Origin: Nibricoccus sp.
Lineage (GTDB): Bacteria > Verrucomicrobiota > Verrucomicrobiia > Opitutales > Opitutaceae
Assembly: GCA_047602425.1 (NCBI GenBank)
Contig: JASGHG010000001.1
Span: 2,368,001 to 2,432,000, forward strand
Direction: 5' to 3'
Length of the DNA: 64,000 bases
Shown here: positions 26,125 through 36,920 of the stretch, piece after piece
How positions within the stretch are numbered: the stretch's first letter is position 1
How the letters are laid out: each line of letters begins with the position of its first letter
Made by a program: the position numbers and the translations under genes
The notes under the pieces: generated by a model
What the model saw: only the letters and a program-made list of their open reading frames with translations
Databases searched by the model: none
What the model was told of the DNA's origin: nothing

Positions 26125-26793
26125 ATGCGCTTTTTGGACAAACACACCATTCGGGACAAGCTGTTGCTTAGCCTTGAACGCGAGCGCAACCGGCTTAGGC
26201 AGGCGCAGCGAGATGCTCCGATTGTTCCGCTGGAACATCCTTACCAGCGTGGCTGGGTGAAGACGTTTCAACTTCGTGAGGATGTTTCACGTCGTCCGGA
26301 CGTTGCCATTTTCCGAACAATCTTGGCTGCCGTGAACCGGAAAGTTTTTTCCCGCAATCGAGAATTTCTAAATCCACGGGGAGAGGAAATCCTGCTGCGA
26401 CCGAAGAAACTCAGAATCGACCAGTGGAGAAAGCTGGCTTGGCCAGCCAGTCATCAGCGCTTCTTTGCTTTCGGGCATTGGCGAGCGGACGAAGAGGCAT
26501 GGATGCCTTTGCGGCTCCGCCGGCTGCTGCCCGGCTACAAGCTGGTGCATAACTGGTGGTTAGTAGAAGATACACAGCCGCATTTGATCACTCACCAGCG
26601 CGTGGAGCTTCCGGCAGTCCGCAAGCGCCTTGCAGAAATTGAGGCATACCTGAGCCATCGGCAGGGACACGAGCGACTCAACAAGCTTCATGGCCGGAGT
26701 GATTGGTGGCGCAGATTTGTGGAATCGCGTGCCGAAATTCGGACAAATTGCTTTATCGAAGAGCAGCTCGCCGCGAAATCCATACATGACTGA
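26125..26793 (+). CDS. Hypothetical basic protein
   Basis: Long ORF in operon; PLEHPYQRGW..LREDV motif. Confidence 0.7.
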   Translation: MRFLDKHTIRDKLLLSLERERNRLRQAQRDAPIVPLEHPYQRGWVKTFQLREDVSRRPDVAIFRTILAAVNRKVFSRNREFLNPRGEEILLRPKKLRIDQWRKLAWPASHQRFFAFGHWRADEEAWMPLRLRRLLPGYKLVHNWWLVEDTQPHLITHQRVELPAVRKRLAEIEAYLSHRQGHERLNKLHGRSDWWRRFVESRAEIRTNCFIEEQLAAKSIHD

Positions 26794-26887
26794 GCAGTCA
26801 TGTATTATTCCGACAACACGCTGTTTCGCGGCAAGGTCCTCTGGTATATTTTTCCAATCAAAACTAAGAAAAAGAAACAAAATACAT

Positions 26888-27376
26888 ATGAAAACGATCA
26901 CCCTTTCACACGCCCTGAAACACAAAAACCGTCTGGCCGGCGACGTCGCACGGCTGCGCGAAATCGTGCAACGCGAAAACTCACGCAAGGAATCGCAGCC
27001 GGCTCGCGCCGACGTGCGGGTTGCCTTCGACGATAGCGTCGCCCGTTCCCGCGAACTGGCTGCTTTCAAAGGTGCAATCGCCTCCGCAAATGCAGGCGTG
27101 CTTTCCGAGGATCGTGGTATCTATGCCAAGTTGAATCTTCAGGCCGAGCTGCGTGGCCTGATCGTCTTTATCAAGGGGCTCAACACCAAGGAGGGTGAAG
27201 AGGTTGAGCGCGTCGGCTTCATGAGTCGCGACGATGCCATCCGCACGGTCTACGTTGCAACGATTACCCGCGAGGAAGTTGATCGTCTGGTTGTCGCCTA
27301 TCAGAATGAAATCGAACGTTTGCAGGATGAAATCGACGAGTTCAACGCAACAACGCGCATTCCTTTGACCAACTAG
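26888..27376 (+). CDS. Hypothetical coiled-coil protein (DIP1984-like)
   Basis: TLSHALKHKNRL..LQDEIDEFNATT pattern. Confidence 0.65.
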   Translation: MKTITLSHALKHKNRLAGDVARLREIVQRENSRKESQPARADVRVAFDDSVARSRELAAFKGAIASANAGVLSEDRGIYAKLNLQAELRGLIVFIKGLNTKEGEEVERVGFMSRDDAIRTVYVATITREEVDRLVVAYQNEIERLQDEIDEFNATTRIPLTN

Positions 27377-27599
27377 TCCTTTCGGGCCCGGCTTGAACAC
27401 GTACGACTGACTACAGGCATTCTGGCATCCAACGATGCCATTGCGGTCTGATAAACCGTAACAACGATATCGACCTGATTGTTAACAGTCATCGTTCAAC
27501 CTCTCAAAATACAAAAATTACCGCTAAAGGTTAAAACTTTTGCCACCTGCTTCAATTGTACGCGTTTCAGGCCGGTGTCCCGATCAAATTGTAAGAGCC

Positions 27600-29146
27600 A
27601 TGAATATGGAAATCAAAGCCCGTGATCTCGTTGCTGCCGGTTGGCATGAAGGCCGCCGCCTGGGCGCTGCTCTCCGCCGCGCACGTGATCTCGAATCCAC
27701 TGGAATTTCTCGCGCCGAAGTGCTCGTTCAACTCGAACAAGAATTTCCAAAGCAACTCGCCGTGATTCTTCCGCGCTATGAGCCGGCTCCGCTGGCCGAA
27801 GCGATCGAAGCTACCACACCGGAAGAAGCGACCAACGTTACCTCGGCCCGTCAGCGCATGCTCGAACTTCTCCACGTCCCGGTGGTGAAGCGCGGAAGCA
27901 TCATGCCGGACGCCTGCCCGTCGGGTGGTGGTCGTGCCACGATTCCGGTTGGGGGAGCCATCGAAGTCGAGAATGCCATCATTCCCGGCGCTCACTCGGC
28001 TGATATCTGCTGCTCGATGTACGCATCCTTTTTCCCGGCCAACCATCCGGTGGGCGAAATGATGGATCATCTTCAGAAGACCACGCACTTCGGTGCGGGT
28101 GGTCGTGCACGCGGTCAGCAATGGACCACGTCGGTGGTGGAAGAGCCGGTTTGGGATAACCCTTTCCTTTCCGGACTGCGTAGCCGGGCCAGGATTTCAT
28201 GGGAACCCAAGGCGACGGAAATCATTTCGCCTATGTCGGACGTATCCAGTTTACGGATGCGCAACGCGCTGCGCTTGAATCCGCCGGCTATACCGAACTC
28301 ACCGAATGGATCGTGCGCCGCGACGGTGAATTCAACGTCCTCGTGACTCACCACGGTTCGCGTGGTCTCGGTGCTGATGTGTACAAACGCGGCCAGAAAG
28401 CTGCCCGCAAATGGTGTGACGAAAACGCCAAAGATATTCCCGACGCAGCTGTCTGGTTGCCGTACGATTCTCCGGATGGCTCCGCTTACTGGGACGCGTT
28501 GCAGTACGTATCTCGCTGGACGCGTGAAAACCACGCCCAGATCCATGCCGCCTTCCTGCGTCGCTTGGGTCAGCGTGGCCTCGTGCAAATCGGCAACGAG
28601 CACAACTTTGTTTGGAAACGCGGAGATTCTTTCTTCCACGGAAAGGGTGCTACGCCGGCGTGGAAAGACGCGCAGGGCCGTCCGCTGCTCGGAATTATTC
28701 CGCTTAACATGGCCCGTGAAATCCTCCTCGTACTTGGTTCGGACAACAACAACTACCTGTCGTTCTGTCCGCACGGCGCTGGTCGCAACCTGTCGCGCTC
28801 GGCCATGCTGCGTCCTTACAAAGACGTGGACGGTGAAATCGATCCGGCACTCGTGCAGAAGACCCTGGCCGAAACCACGGCCGGGCTTGATATCCGTTGG
28901 TTCAATGGCGCACCGGATTTGTCCGAGTCTCCGCTCGGCTACAAAAACGCTACGCAGGTGAAGGCGCAGATCGACCGCTTTGGTTTGGCCACGGTGGTTG
29001 GCGAAATCCAACCGCGCGGTTGCATAATGGCCGGCGAAGCTCCGGAACCGCCATGGGCTCGTGCTCGCCGCGAAAAACGCGCTGCCCACAAAGCCATGCG
29101 CCGCGAAGGTGAAGCTGAGGCGGCTGAAAGTGCGCGAACTTTGTGA
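27600..29146 (+). pseudogene. rtcB: RtcB family RNA ligase, frameshifted near 28190
   Basis: MPDACP, IPVGG, SADICCS in the first frame; GTQGDGNHF, VTHHGSRG, NEHNFV, HGKGAT, PHGAGR in the second frame. Confidence 0.88.
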
Positions 29147-29251
29147 AGATTTTATTGGGTGGGACAGGTAATGACCCACCTGATGGTTTATAATCATATT
29201 TTTGATCGGCTGCCGTCATTAGGCGGCAATCTCAATCTCTACGTACATTTT

Positions 29252-29996
29252 ATGAGACTTTACGTCGTCAGCGACCTGCACCAGGAGTTTGCGGCATTCA
29301 CGCCGCCGAAGGTTGATTGCGACGTCGTGATTCTTGCTGGTGATATCAATTTGAAGCGGCACGGCTCTACATTGGGCGAAGGCAACATTTCCCGATCAAC
29401 CCGTCCTCTATGTTTTCGGCAACCATGAATTTTACGGGGAGAAATACCCCCGACTTATCGAAAAGGGTCGTGACCTCGTGAAGGGATCGAATGTGCGGAT
29501 CTTGGAAAACGAGATATGTGAGATCGACGGATGGAGTTTTTTCGGTGCCACCCTTTGGTCCGACTATTCTTTGTTGGGCGACCCATTCGATTCAATCGAA
29601 GCCTCCCAGCGAGTCATGACGGACTTCAAAAAGATTCGTCATTGGCCCACGCTAAAGCGGTTTCAGCCGCAGCACGTGCGGCAGGCTCATGTGAATTCCA
29701 AAAATGCACTGCGCAATTTTCTGGAGGCTGGTGACCGCGACCGGTCGGTCGTGATCACCCACCATGCTCCCTCGGCGCGGTCATTGCCGGACAAACTAAA
29801 GGCAGATCCTGTGAGTGGGGCTTATGCCTCAAATATGGATGCCTTCATCGAAGAGATGGGCCCGAAGTTATGGATTCACGGGCACATTCACACCCCGTCT
29901 TCGTACGTGATTGGTTCAACTCTGATCACGGCCAACCCACGTGGATATCCGGGTGAAACCGGCTTTGATCCTGGGTTGGTAATTGAAGTGCCATAA
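29252..29996 (+). pseudogene. Calcineurin-like metallophosphoesterase, frameshifted near 29366
   Basis: SDLH and AGDI in one frame; GNHE, THHAP, HGHIH, NPRGY in the next. Confidence 0.82.
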
Positions 29997-30010
29997 ACGT
30001 TACCTTTGGT

Positions 30011-30193
30011 ATGAAAGAGACTATAGAACTTTCGGAACGCCTCGTCAAAGACGCACATGCCGTCGGCCAGATATCCGGCCGTTCAGTGGAGGATCAGATC
30101 GAATTCTGGATAGTTTTGGGGCGGGCGACAGAGAAGGCTCTGGGATCGGATCGCGCATTGACGCTCATCAAACGCATGGGAGAACTGGAATAA
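30011..30193 (+). CDS. ParD-like antitoxin family small protein
   Basis: LSERLVKDA..GRSVEDQIEFW..LGR pattern. Confidence 0.6.
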   Translation: MKETIELSERLVKDAHAVGQISGRSVEDQIEFWIVLGRATEKALGSDRALTLIKRMGELE

Positions 30194-30272
30194 CCTGGTC
30201 ACAGGCCAATGCGGAAAAGCCATTGCAACTAAGCACTAGGTGGCAGGAAGGTTGAAAACCGAACAATATAAT

Positions 30273-30641
30273 ATGGATAAATCAGAAAAACAGTCCACTC
30301 CGCGGAAATCGGCCCCGCAGCCCACGGATGACGTATTGTCCGGGCTGCCCGGCATTGTAGCCGCAACCGCCTCTCTCCATCGCGCGGACGGTTGCCTTGA
30401 TGCTGCCAGGATCCAGGAACTTTTCGGCCTGCGCGCTCTTCCTGCTGATCACGAATTACCGTGGTTGGAACGGATTGCCCGTCTCCTTGTTTTTAATCCC
30501 GACCCCGACAATTTCAGGAAATGGTTGCGGCTGCCAAATTCTGAGCTGAGTGAAAATACACCAATCGGATTAATTGAATGCGGTCGGGCTGAGTTGATTG
30601 CCAACTTCGTTGAGGATATCCTGACCAACCGTGGCGGATGA
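30273..30641 (+). CDS. Xre/MbcA/ParS antitoxin C-terminal domain protein
   Basis: WLRLPNSELSENTPIGLI..G motif. Confidence 0.65.
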   Translation: MDKSEKQSTPRKSAPQPTDDVLSGLPGIVAATASLHRADGCLDAARIQELFGLRALPADHELPWLERIARLLVFNPDPDNFRKWLRLPNSELSENTPIGLIECGRAELIANFVEDILTNRGG

Positions 30642-30737
30642 TTAGTGGTACGAAGTGGTCGCGACCGGAAATACCTTTTGATCTAGGTCACTAGGTGTGA
30701 GTGGAAGAGATGGTTGTATTCCGTCTGAATTGTCTCG

Positions 30738-31712
30738 TCACCAGATTTTCCACCACGGCTTTTGGTTGGAAACGGACAGTGAAGAGGTAGACGAGGTTGT
30801 CGCACCACCCTTGGACTTAGAGGCCCAATCGGCAGCCATTTCCTCAGCGGTTTTGCAGATTGCCTGAAAGCCCGCGTAGAGAAACTTAGGTTCCTTTCGT
30901 TCCCAGCGCTTTGCGACGAAATTGAATGGGTCGGTGTTGACGTTTGCTGTGCCTCGCAAGGCGACTACCGCCAAGCATACACCATACGAATCGGAAATGA
31001 TGGCCCATTCGAAGGATTTTGCGCGCACCAAATGGTCTCCTAACATTACACCGATCCCATTCACGACCGCATCAACCGTTTTGCTGTCGTTCGGTGGTGC
31101 CGCTATAAATCGACCCCAGAACTCATCGAGCACTTCGAGTGGGATGAGGCCGTCGCCATCAAAGCCAGTGGTTTTGCGTACGCGGGCTGCAATGTCAGTT
31201 CGATGGTGCTGGAACCAACGACGCTGCGAATCTTCTAGATCGAAAATATCGATAGCATTTCCTTTACGCTGTTTGTCAGGAAAAGTGAGTCTCACACTGC
31301 GAATGATTTTTTCGACCGTTGCTCTTATGCCTTCTAGATCGAGAAACGATCGATCTGATTCTAGGTACGAAAGCGTCATTACCAGCTCACGATTGCCGAA
31401 TCCGACTATCCAAAACTCGTTTATGCCTGGTCCGTTACCCCATTCTGTTGGTTTGTTTTCTTGGTAGAAACAGAGAGCATCTGAAACGCTCTCATAGCTG
31501 ACTCCCAATTTTGCAGCTCCTTCAATGACGTTTTTTACGCAAAGATTTCGAGCTGCCGGATCTTTTCCCTGCACGGTAATGCCGCTGATATGAAGTGTGA
31601 ACCGATCTGACGCGTCGACGGCGAGGAGCGCGCCAGACTCGTCGTATGAGCAACGCAAATACGACGGCAGCTCGATGTCCATTAATAGATCTCCGACAGC
31701 GATGCGTGTCAT
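30738..31712 (-). CDS. Hypothetical protein (DUF3806-like C-terminal region, ends KPWWKIW)
   Basis: GIGVMLGDHL..FEWAIISDSYG..P..FVAKR. Confidence 0.6.
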   Translation of the reverse strand: MTRIAVGDLLMDIELPSYLRCSYDESGALLAVDASDRFTLHISGITVQGKDPAARNLCVKNVIEGAAKLGVSYESVSDALCFYQENKPTEWGNGPGINEFWIVGFGNRELVMTLSYLESDRSFLDLEGIRATVEKIIRSVRLTFPDKQRKGNAIDIFDLEDSQRRWFQHHRTDIAARVRKTTGFDGDGLIPLEVLDEFWGRFIAAPPNDSKTVDAVVNGIGVMLGDHLVRAKSFEWAIISDSYGVCLAVVALRGTANVNTDPFNFVAKRWERKEPKFLYAGFQAICKTAEEMAADWASKSKGGATTSSTSSLSVSNQKPWWKIW

Positions 31713-31746
31713 AGGCGTGAGGTTGGTCTAGTATGCCTCATATAGA

Positions 31747-34494
31747 TCAAACTGGTATGTGCCAGCGGGTGATCGCACCAGAGCTATCGAACACGGCCAA
31801 TTCGTGTGGTATGTTCGTTCCGCTCAGGCCGATTGTTACGGCGTTGCTAGATGGTAGAGAGAACCATCCAGCCTCATGCATGCGGCCTTCGTGACACTGG
31901 AAAACTTTTCCATCTCCTCCTGAAAGTACAACAAGTCGTCCATCTTGAAGGTAGGTCCCGCGTGGCATTGGCATGGTATCATCCAAGCTCGCTATGGAAT
32001 AGGCTTCAGCTGAGACAAAGGATACTCCTCTATCAAGCAGCACAATCCATCCGGCCATCGAGGGTGGGCTCGGTAGAACCCCAATGATGCGTTTCTCGAG
32101 TTTGATTACGGTGAGCGGAGCCTGATCCGACATGATCAGTAAACTTTTCCCGTAAGCCAGTACGATGCGCGTTGGTGTTCCGCCGGATTCTAGATAGAGC
32201 TGGTTGCTTTCAACCTCGGCCGCTGCGGCAACAATCTCATCTGTAATATCACGCGAATGGACTAGCTTCTCGCTGTGATAGCTCGCAAGGACGACTCGGT
32301 TGCTAACTACTCGGACGATCCAAAAAATGCCGCGCGCTTCCGTGATTCGAACTGTGTCGGCTGGCAGCCAAGAAGGCGTGCCAACTTTGCAGGCGGAGCG
32401 ATTGAAAACGTCTGTTCCGGGAAGATCCGTCAGGGCGAGGGGATTGCTAAAAGGCCGTGCTAGAAAAATGACATCTTTGCTCATTTTCAGCAGAAATGCC
32501 GCTTTCATTTCAGGGGCTGAGTCTGCCCAATCGGCACTTTGTTGTTCACCTTCCCACGTCCCGCGAGTGAAAAATATTCGGGGACCGTTTCGGGTTGCAA
32601 CAGCGGTAAAACCGGTCGTGCCACCTTCTATCTGTGCCCAGATTCCAATGTGTGGAAGTGAAAGGGCTTTTCCTTTATCTGGCACCAACTTCCTCGTGAA
32701 TTGTGTAGGCGGAGGAAGATGTTTGGAGAAGATTTTTTTCCCTCCATCTCGGAACCGATTCACGTCCCGAGCTAAAAGCCGGTCTTTTGGTGTTAGGCGT
32801 ACAAGTGCACGTAGAACTGCAATCTCCTCGTGTGACTCCAATAGTTTATCGGTGAGCGCTGAGGAAATTTTTGCGCGAGTTACTTCGGCTGCAATTTTGC
32901 GCACCTCTTGGTGGGCGGCGTTTTCGGCAGTGCGAGAAACCAGTCCTACTAAATCGGCGATCTGACGCGCAGCAGTGGTCTCGTCGCCCAGTTCGGCTAT
33001 GAGTTTGGTGAGGTCGGGTGTGCGATTGTGTCGCGAAAGAATTGCGAAGCGTTCTTCCAAGCATTGTAGGGCCTGTTTACCACTCGGCCATGTCGATTGC
33101 AAAAGGTTGAGCGCTTCGTCGACTGCCTTCAATCGCGTCTCAAGAAACCGCACGGCGGTGAGCGTATCTCCTTTTGCTAAGTGCAGATCTATCCATTTGC
33201 GCAGGAACTTGGACTCGTTTTCGGAATCGCCGATATCGCGGTAAATATTTGCAATCTCCAACCAGCACGAATGTTTGGTGTAGATCTCGATGGCCTCGTG
33301 TGCAAATCCACCTCCAGCTAAGCATTCGGCCGCCAAGAGCGGTCTATGAAGTCTTTCTTGATACAGCAGAGCGGCCTCCCGGAAAAACTTCCCTTGCTTC
33401 AGGACATCCGCCGCTGAGTTGAGGTCACCGAGGAGTTCTGCATAGATGTAAGCAGCCCGACGGTATTGTCCCAATTTGGCTTCGCGCACCGCGTTTTCGC
33501 GGTAACGCTTTGAAAGATTACTTTGTACGTCTCCAGGAATTGCCCAAAAATCACTGGGACGGTTACCACCGAGACGCCCCAAGTTAAAATCCAGAATGCG
33601 TCGACTTAGCTGACTGGAGGGCGGCGCTTTACCGCGATGCGCAAGGGCGGCTAGAGAGATGGCGTGTTTGAGACCTTCCTCCGGATTATTTTCAAGCATC
33701 TCCAGCAGTCGGAAAAGCTCTTTGTGCCGTTGACGTGAGAGTTCATCTGTAAGGCCAGCGAGTTTAGTCTGAGCCCAGTTCTCAAGATGGTTGATCCAAT
33801 TTGCGGAAACGTGCGGATTTCGTGGTACCAGCGAAGTGAGGCCGATCAAAGTCCGTACAAAAACACTCCCGATCCCCTCTGCGATTTTGCCAGGAAGCTT
33901 TCTCGTTTCATCTGAAGTCGGTGGGAGGTTTGTGGCGGGTTCACTCCCGATTTCGCGGCTCTCCTCTCCAAAGATTTCTGTCAGTTGAAGGGGTGCCTCG
34001 AGTCTTACGGAGCGTAATCTCTGGTTTAAAAGAATTGGTGTGCGCGCCGCGCTCCAATTGATCGTAGATGCAGGACGTCGTGGAGGAGCAAGGAAATCCC
34101 ATGCGTATTTAATATCATGCTTCTCGTAACCGGTTATGCCAAACGACGGGTGATAAATTAGGGCTTCATATCGGTGCAGGGCACTCCATTCAGTTGCGTC
34201 AATCGGAGGCATTATTGTTGTCCCAATTGGAACGAATACGTCCGGCGCAATTTGGTAGTAAGGTAGACCTCGGAATCCCGGAGGTATCGCGGTGTTTGCG
34301 GGCGGTATGGCGAGTACCCCTTTCGTTTGGTTCGATCCGATTGCTGAGATGACACAGAATTTCACTTGCTCGGTCGGAATCGACCAACCTGCGATCTCGG
34401 TGAGCCACACATTTGGATCCTCGCCCGGTATGAACCACGCGCTAGCCTTGTGGGCCGCTTGAAGAGTGGGTTTAAGTCGTAGGGTCGTTAGCAT
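31747..34494 (-). CDS. MoxR-vWA-beta-propeller system component (bpX3-like N-terminus, TPR repeats)
   Basis: AWFIPGEDP..WL; YRRAAYIYAELLGD..AA..L TPR block; operon with MoxR. Confidence 0.7.
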   Translation of the reverse strand: MLTTLRLKPTLQAAHKASAWFIPGEDPNVWLTEIAGWSIPTEQVKFCVISAIGSNQTKGVLAIPPANTAIPPGFRGLPYYQIAPDVFVPIGTTIMPPIDATEWSALHRYEALIYHPSFGITGYEKHDIKYAWDFLAPPRRPASTINWSAARTPILLNQRLRSVRLEAPLQLTEIFGEESREIGSEPATNLPPTSDETRKLPGKIAEGIGSVFVRTLIGLTSLVPRNPHVSANWINHLENWAQTKLAGLTDELSRQRHKELFRLLEMLENNPEEGLKHAISLAALAHRGKAPPSSQLSRRILDFNLGRLGGNRPSDFWAIPGDVQSNLSKRYRENAVREAKLGQYRRAAYIYAELLGDLNSAADVLKQGKFFREAALLYQERLHRPLLAAECLAGGGFAHEAIEIYTKHSCWLEIANIYRDIGDSENESKFLRKWIDLHLAKGDTLTAVRFLETRLKAVDEALNLLQSTWPSGKQALQCLEERFAILSRHNRTPDLTKLIAELGDETTAARQIADLVGLVSRTAENAAHQEVRKIAAEVTRAKISSALTDKLLESHEEIAVLRALVRLTPKDRLLARDVNRFRDGGKKIFSKHLPPPTQFTRKLVPDKGKALSLPHIGIWAQIEGGTTGFTAVATRNGPRIFFTRGTWEGEQQSADWADSAPEMKAAFLLKMSKDVIFLARPFSNPLALTDLPGTDVFNRSACKVGTPSWLPADTVRITEARGIFWIVRVVSNRVVLASYHSEKLVHSRDITDEIVAAAAEVESNQLYLESGGTPTRIVLAYGKSLLIMSDQAPLTVIKLEKRIIGVLPSPPSMAGWIVLLDRGVSFVSAEAYSIASLDDTMPMPRGTYLQDGRLVVLSGGDGKVFQCHEGRMHEAGWFSLPSSNAVTIGLSGTNIPHELAVFDSSGAITRWHIPV

Positions 34495-36920
34495 AGCCGG
34501 TCACAAAAAGATTTTAGAACCGTTGCCGCGTGTTCACTGCTCACGGGCATATCCTTGCCGACGAAAAACTCGGGACCACAAATGTGCCCATCGCTGCACC
34601 AGGCTGCCATATCCGCTTGGTTCAATGTAAGAGTGAGTTCAGGTACCGAAGAGTCGCTGCTGCGTAAGTGAAGGAGCCCGCGGCTATCTAGCCATGCGCG
34701 GCTACCGTTGGGCCAAGTAGCAAGCTGAAGCGAACAGCCCATTTGAGTCACTGTTTGCGCGGTGGAAAATCTCAACATTGAGCTGTCCAGCGATAGCGCT
34801 TTTTCACTGGCCTGAGTCAATCGGAGCGCTTGAGCAGTAGTATGGATTTCTAGCCAGGCGCCTTTATATTTACGGAGGCGTAAAGGCTGTCCGGGAGCTC
34901 CTTGAATAGCATTGAAACGCGACTGAAGCGATCGCATCGGTGGCGATACTCTGCCAATCGCTTGAGCGGCACTGTGCCCTGCTAGTGGGGTGATCCGCTT
35001 GGTTTGGAGGTATACAGCGTGGTGATTTGCTTTGGTTGAGGAATCGATGGTGATCAACACCTCTCCTTTTAAGATGGTTCGTGCCTCACGAATTGAGAAG
35101 CCGACCTCAAAGAATACGTGCCCAGCTGGTGAAAGAATTTTCCCGTTACGGAGAAGCATCCAAGGTCCAGCGCCATCTCGCTCGAATACCAGGGCGATTT
35201 CTTGGCGGGTTGTATTGCGGCCCAGAAGAGTTTCATCCCAGTGAACGGCGTTGCCGCTCCAGTTGGCGAAGGTGATACCCTGGCCGGGAGAAAAATATCG
35301 TCCGCTAATCCACGACATGCCTGGAGGAAACGACGTTTCACTGAGGACTTCTGCGGAGTTGAGCGATACGACGACCACTCGAGTGTGTAGTATGACCAGC
35401 AATACATCCCCTTCAGGAAAGACGGCCAAAGGATACTGAGGACCGGTGAATCGGGCGACAGTAGATTGGACCGAGTCTTTTGGTAAGACTACAACTGCCA
35501 TGTGCCCGCCACCTGAACGGCCCTTCACAACGACAATGCGGCCAGTCGTGTCTTCATGCATCCACACCGTACGTCCCAGTGGTAAATCACTGAGGAGTTG
35601 CGTTGCTCCGACGGTGCCGCGTTCCCACCTCAACAAACGTCGGTCGCCTGTAACGCATATCCCGCCAGAAGTGGTGGGCTCGATCAGTTCAATTTTACCG
35701 TTGACCGGTAGGTAAAGCGGAAAGCGATTGACGCGCAAAATAGCGGGGAGATCTGTGCTAACGGCGGGGTTGACCAAAGCCAAAGCGGGTGGCTTGTTTG
35801 CGGGGGCAGTAAACAGCTTGTCGATGGCGATTTGAACTTGAGCAAGCGGGCGAGGTGAGCCCCAGGGCATCGTATGGAGCTGAACGAAACCTTCGCTATC
35901 GACTAGGACGAGAAATCCTCGTTCAAATTGAGCGCGTGCGATACAGGCGTGGAACATTGGATCACCGAGTCCTGAATCGATCAGGATGGTCAGGGAACGT
36001 TCTGGCTTTAGTGCCGGTGGTTCGTGGTGTACGTAAAGCGCTTCATTGAGTGCGACACGTGCTGCCAGCGTCAGATTGTCATGGGCCAGTTCGCTCAAGA
36101 GTAACCGATCAAGCGAACCGCGATTTCCTAAACCAGACGCACCACCTAACGCCAGTTCATCGACTGCTGCAATGGTGCTAGGAAGTCGTATAGCCGCCAT
36201 CAAATCGCGTGCGGCGAGCACCAAACCCGCGTATTCACCTTCTTGCTGTAGATGGGAGAGCACTCTACGCATGCGCTCGCAGGGCGGGAGCTCAATTGTT
36301 TCCTTCGCAGGTTGAGGTAATGTGTCCAGGCCCGTGCGGATACGTCGGCTTAAAGACTCAGCGGTGTGGAGACGCAGTCCTTCGACAACGGTCCACAAAC
36401 TATTCAGTAGATCGAGCGGTGCAGAGTCTTCAGCCGGCGTATTGAGGTCGCGGTCGTTCCATTCTTCGGAAAGGCCTAGCGCAATCTCCGCTGCTTGTTC
36501 TTTGGATCGTGAAGTAGAGGTCTCAAAAACCGTTTCTGCGAGGAACGCTTTGCCTCGGCTTGTTTGCGTGAGCGATGTTGGCAGGGTTGAGACTTTGGCA
36601 AGCTCAGTGAGGGCCTGCCCAAAATTCCTTGTTTTTAGTACACGGAGTAATCCTGCGTGACTTGCCTCTGTCGATGGGCGAGGTGGATTTTCTGGAGCCG
36701 AAGGCAGTTTGCCTCGGCATGCAGCCAACAACAGGACAATAGAGGCAAACGATGGAAGACCGCCTGTCGCCAGTTGTTCGATGACTAAGTCGACCTCATC
36801 GCGAAAAGCGATTGTAGTCCCGTCCTTCCAAGTGAGTACGCGTCCGTTTTCTTCCCATCGCCACAGTGCGCCTGGAACTGATTGCAAATATTGGAAAGCT
36901 GATTGGCGAGAGGTGCTCAC
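34488..36920 (-). CDS. MoxR system core protein (bpX0/vWA-like plus beta-propeller/bpX1-like)
   Basis: LWRWEE, GLPSF, NRGSLDRLLLSELA..ALNEALY, C-terminal AWLDSRGLLHLRSSD. Confidence 0.7.
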   Translation of the reverse strand: MSTSRQSAFQYLQSVPGALWRWEENGRVLTWKDGTTIAFRDEVDLVIEQLATGGLPSFASIVLLLAACRGKLPSAPENPPRPSTEASHAGLLRVLKTRNFGQALTELAKVSTLPTSLTQTSRGKAFLAETVFETSTSRSKEQAAEIALGLSEEWNDRDLNTPAEDSAPLDLLNSLWTVVEGLRLHTAESLSRRIRTGLDTLPQPAKETIELPPCERMRRVLSHLQQEGEYAGLVLAARDLMAAIRLPSTIAAVDELALGGASGLGNRGSLDRLLLSELAHDNLTLAARVALNEALYVHHEPPALKPERSLTILIDSGLGDPMFHACIARAQFERGFLVLVDSEGFVQLHTMPWGSPRPLAQVQIAIDKLFTAPANKPPALALVNPAVSTDLPAILRVNRFPLYLPVNGKIELIEPTTSGGICVTGDRRLLRWERGTVGATQLLSDLPLGRTVWMHEDTTGRIVVVKGRSGGGHMAVVVLPKDSVQSTVARFTGPQYPLAVFPEGDVLLVILHTRVVVVSLNSAEVLSETSFPPGMSWISGRYFSPGQGITFANWSGNAVHWDETLLGRNTTRQEIALVFERDGAGPWMLLRNGKILSPAGHVFFEVGFSIREARTILKGEVLITIDSSTKANHHAVYLQTKRITPLAGHSAAQAIGRVSPPMRSLQSRFNAIQGAPGQPLRLRKYKGAWLEIHTTAQALRLTQASEKALSLDSSMLRFSTAQTVTQMGCSLQLATWPNGSRAWLDSRGLLHLRSSDSSVPELTLTLNQADMAAWCSDGHICGPEFFVGKDMPVSSEHAATVLKSFCDRLC

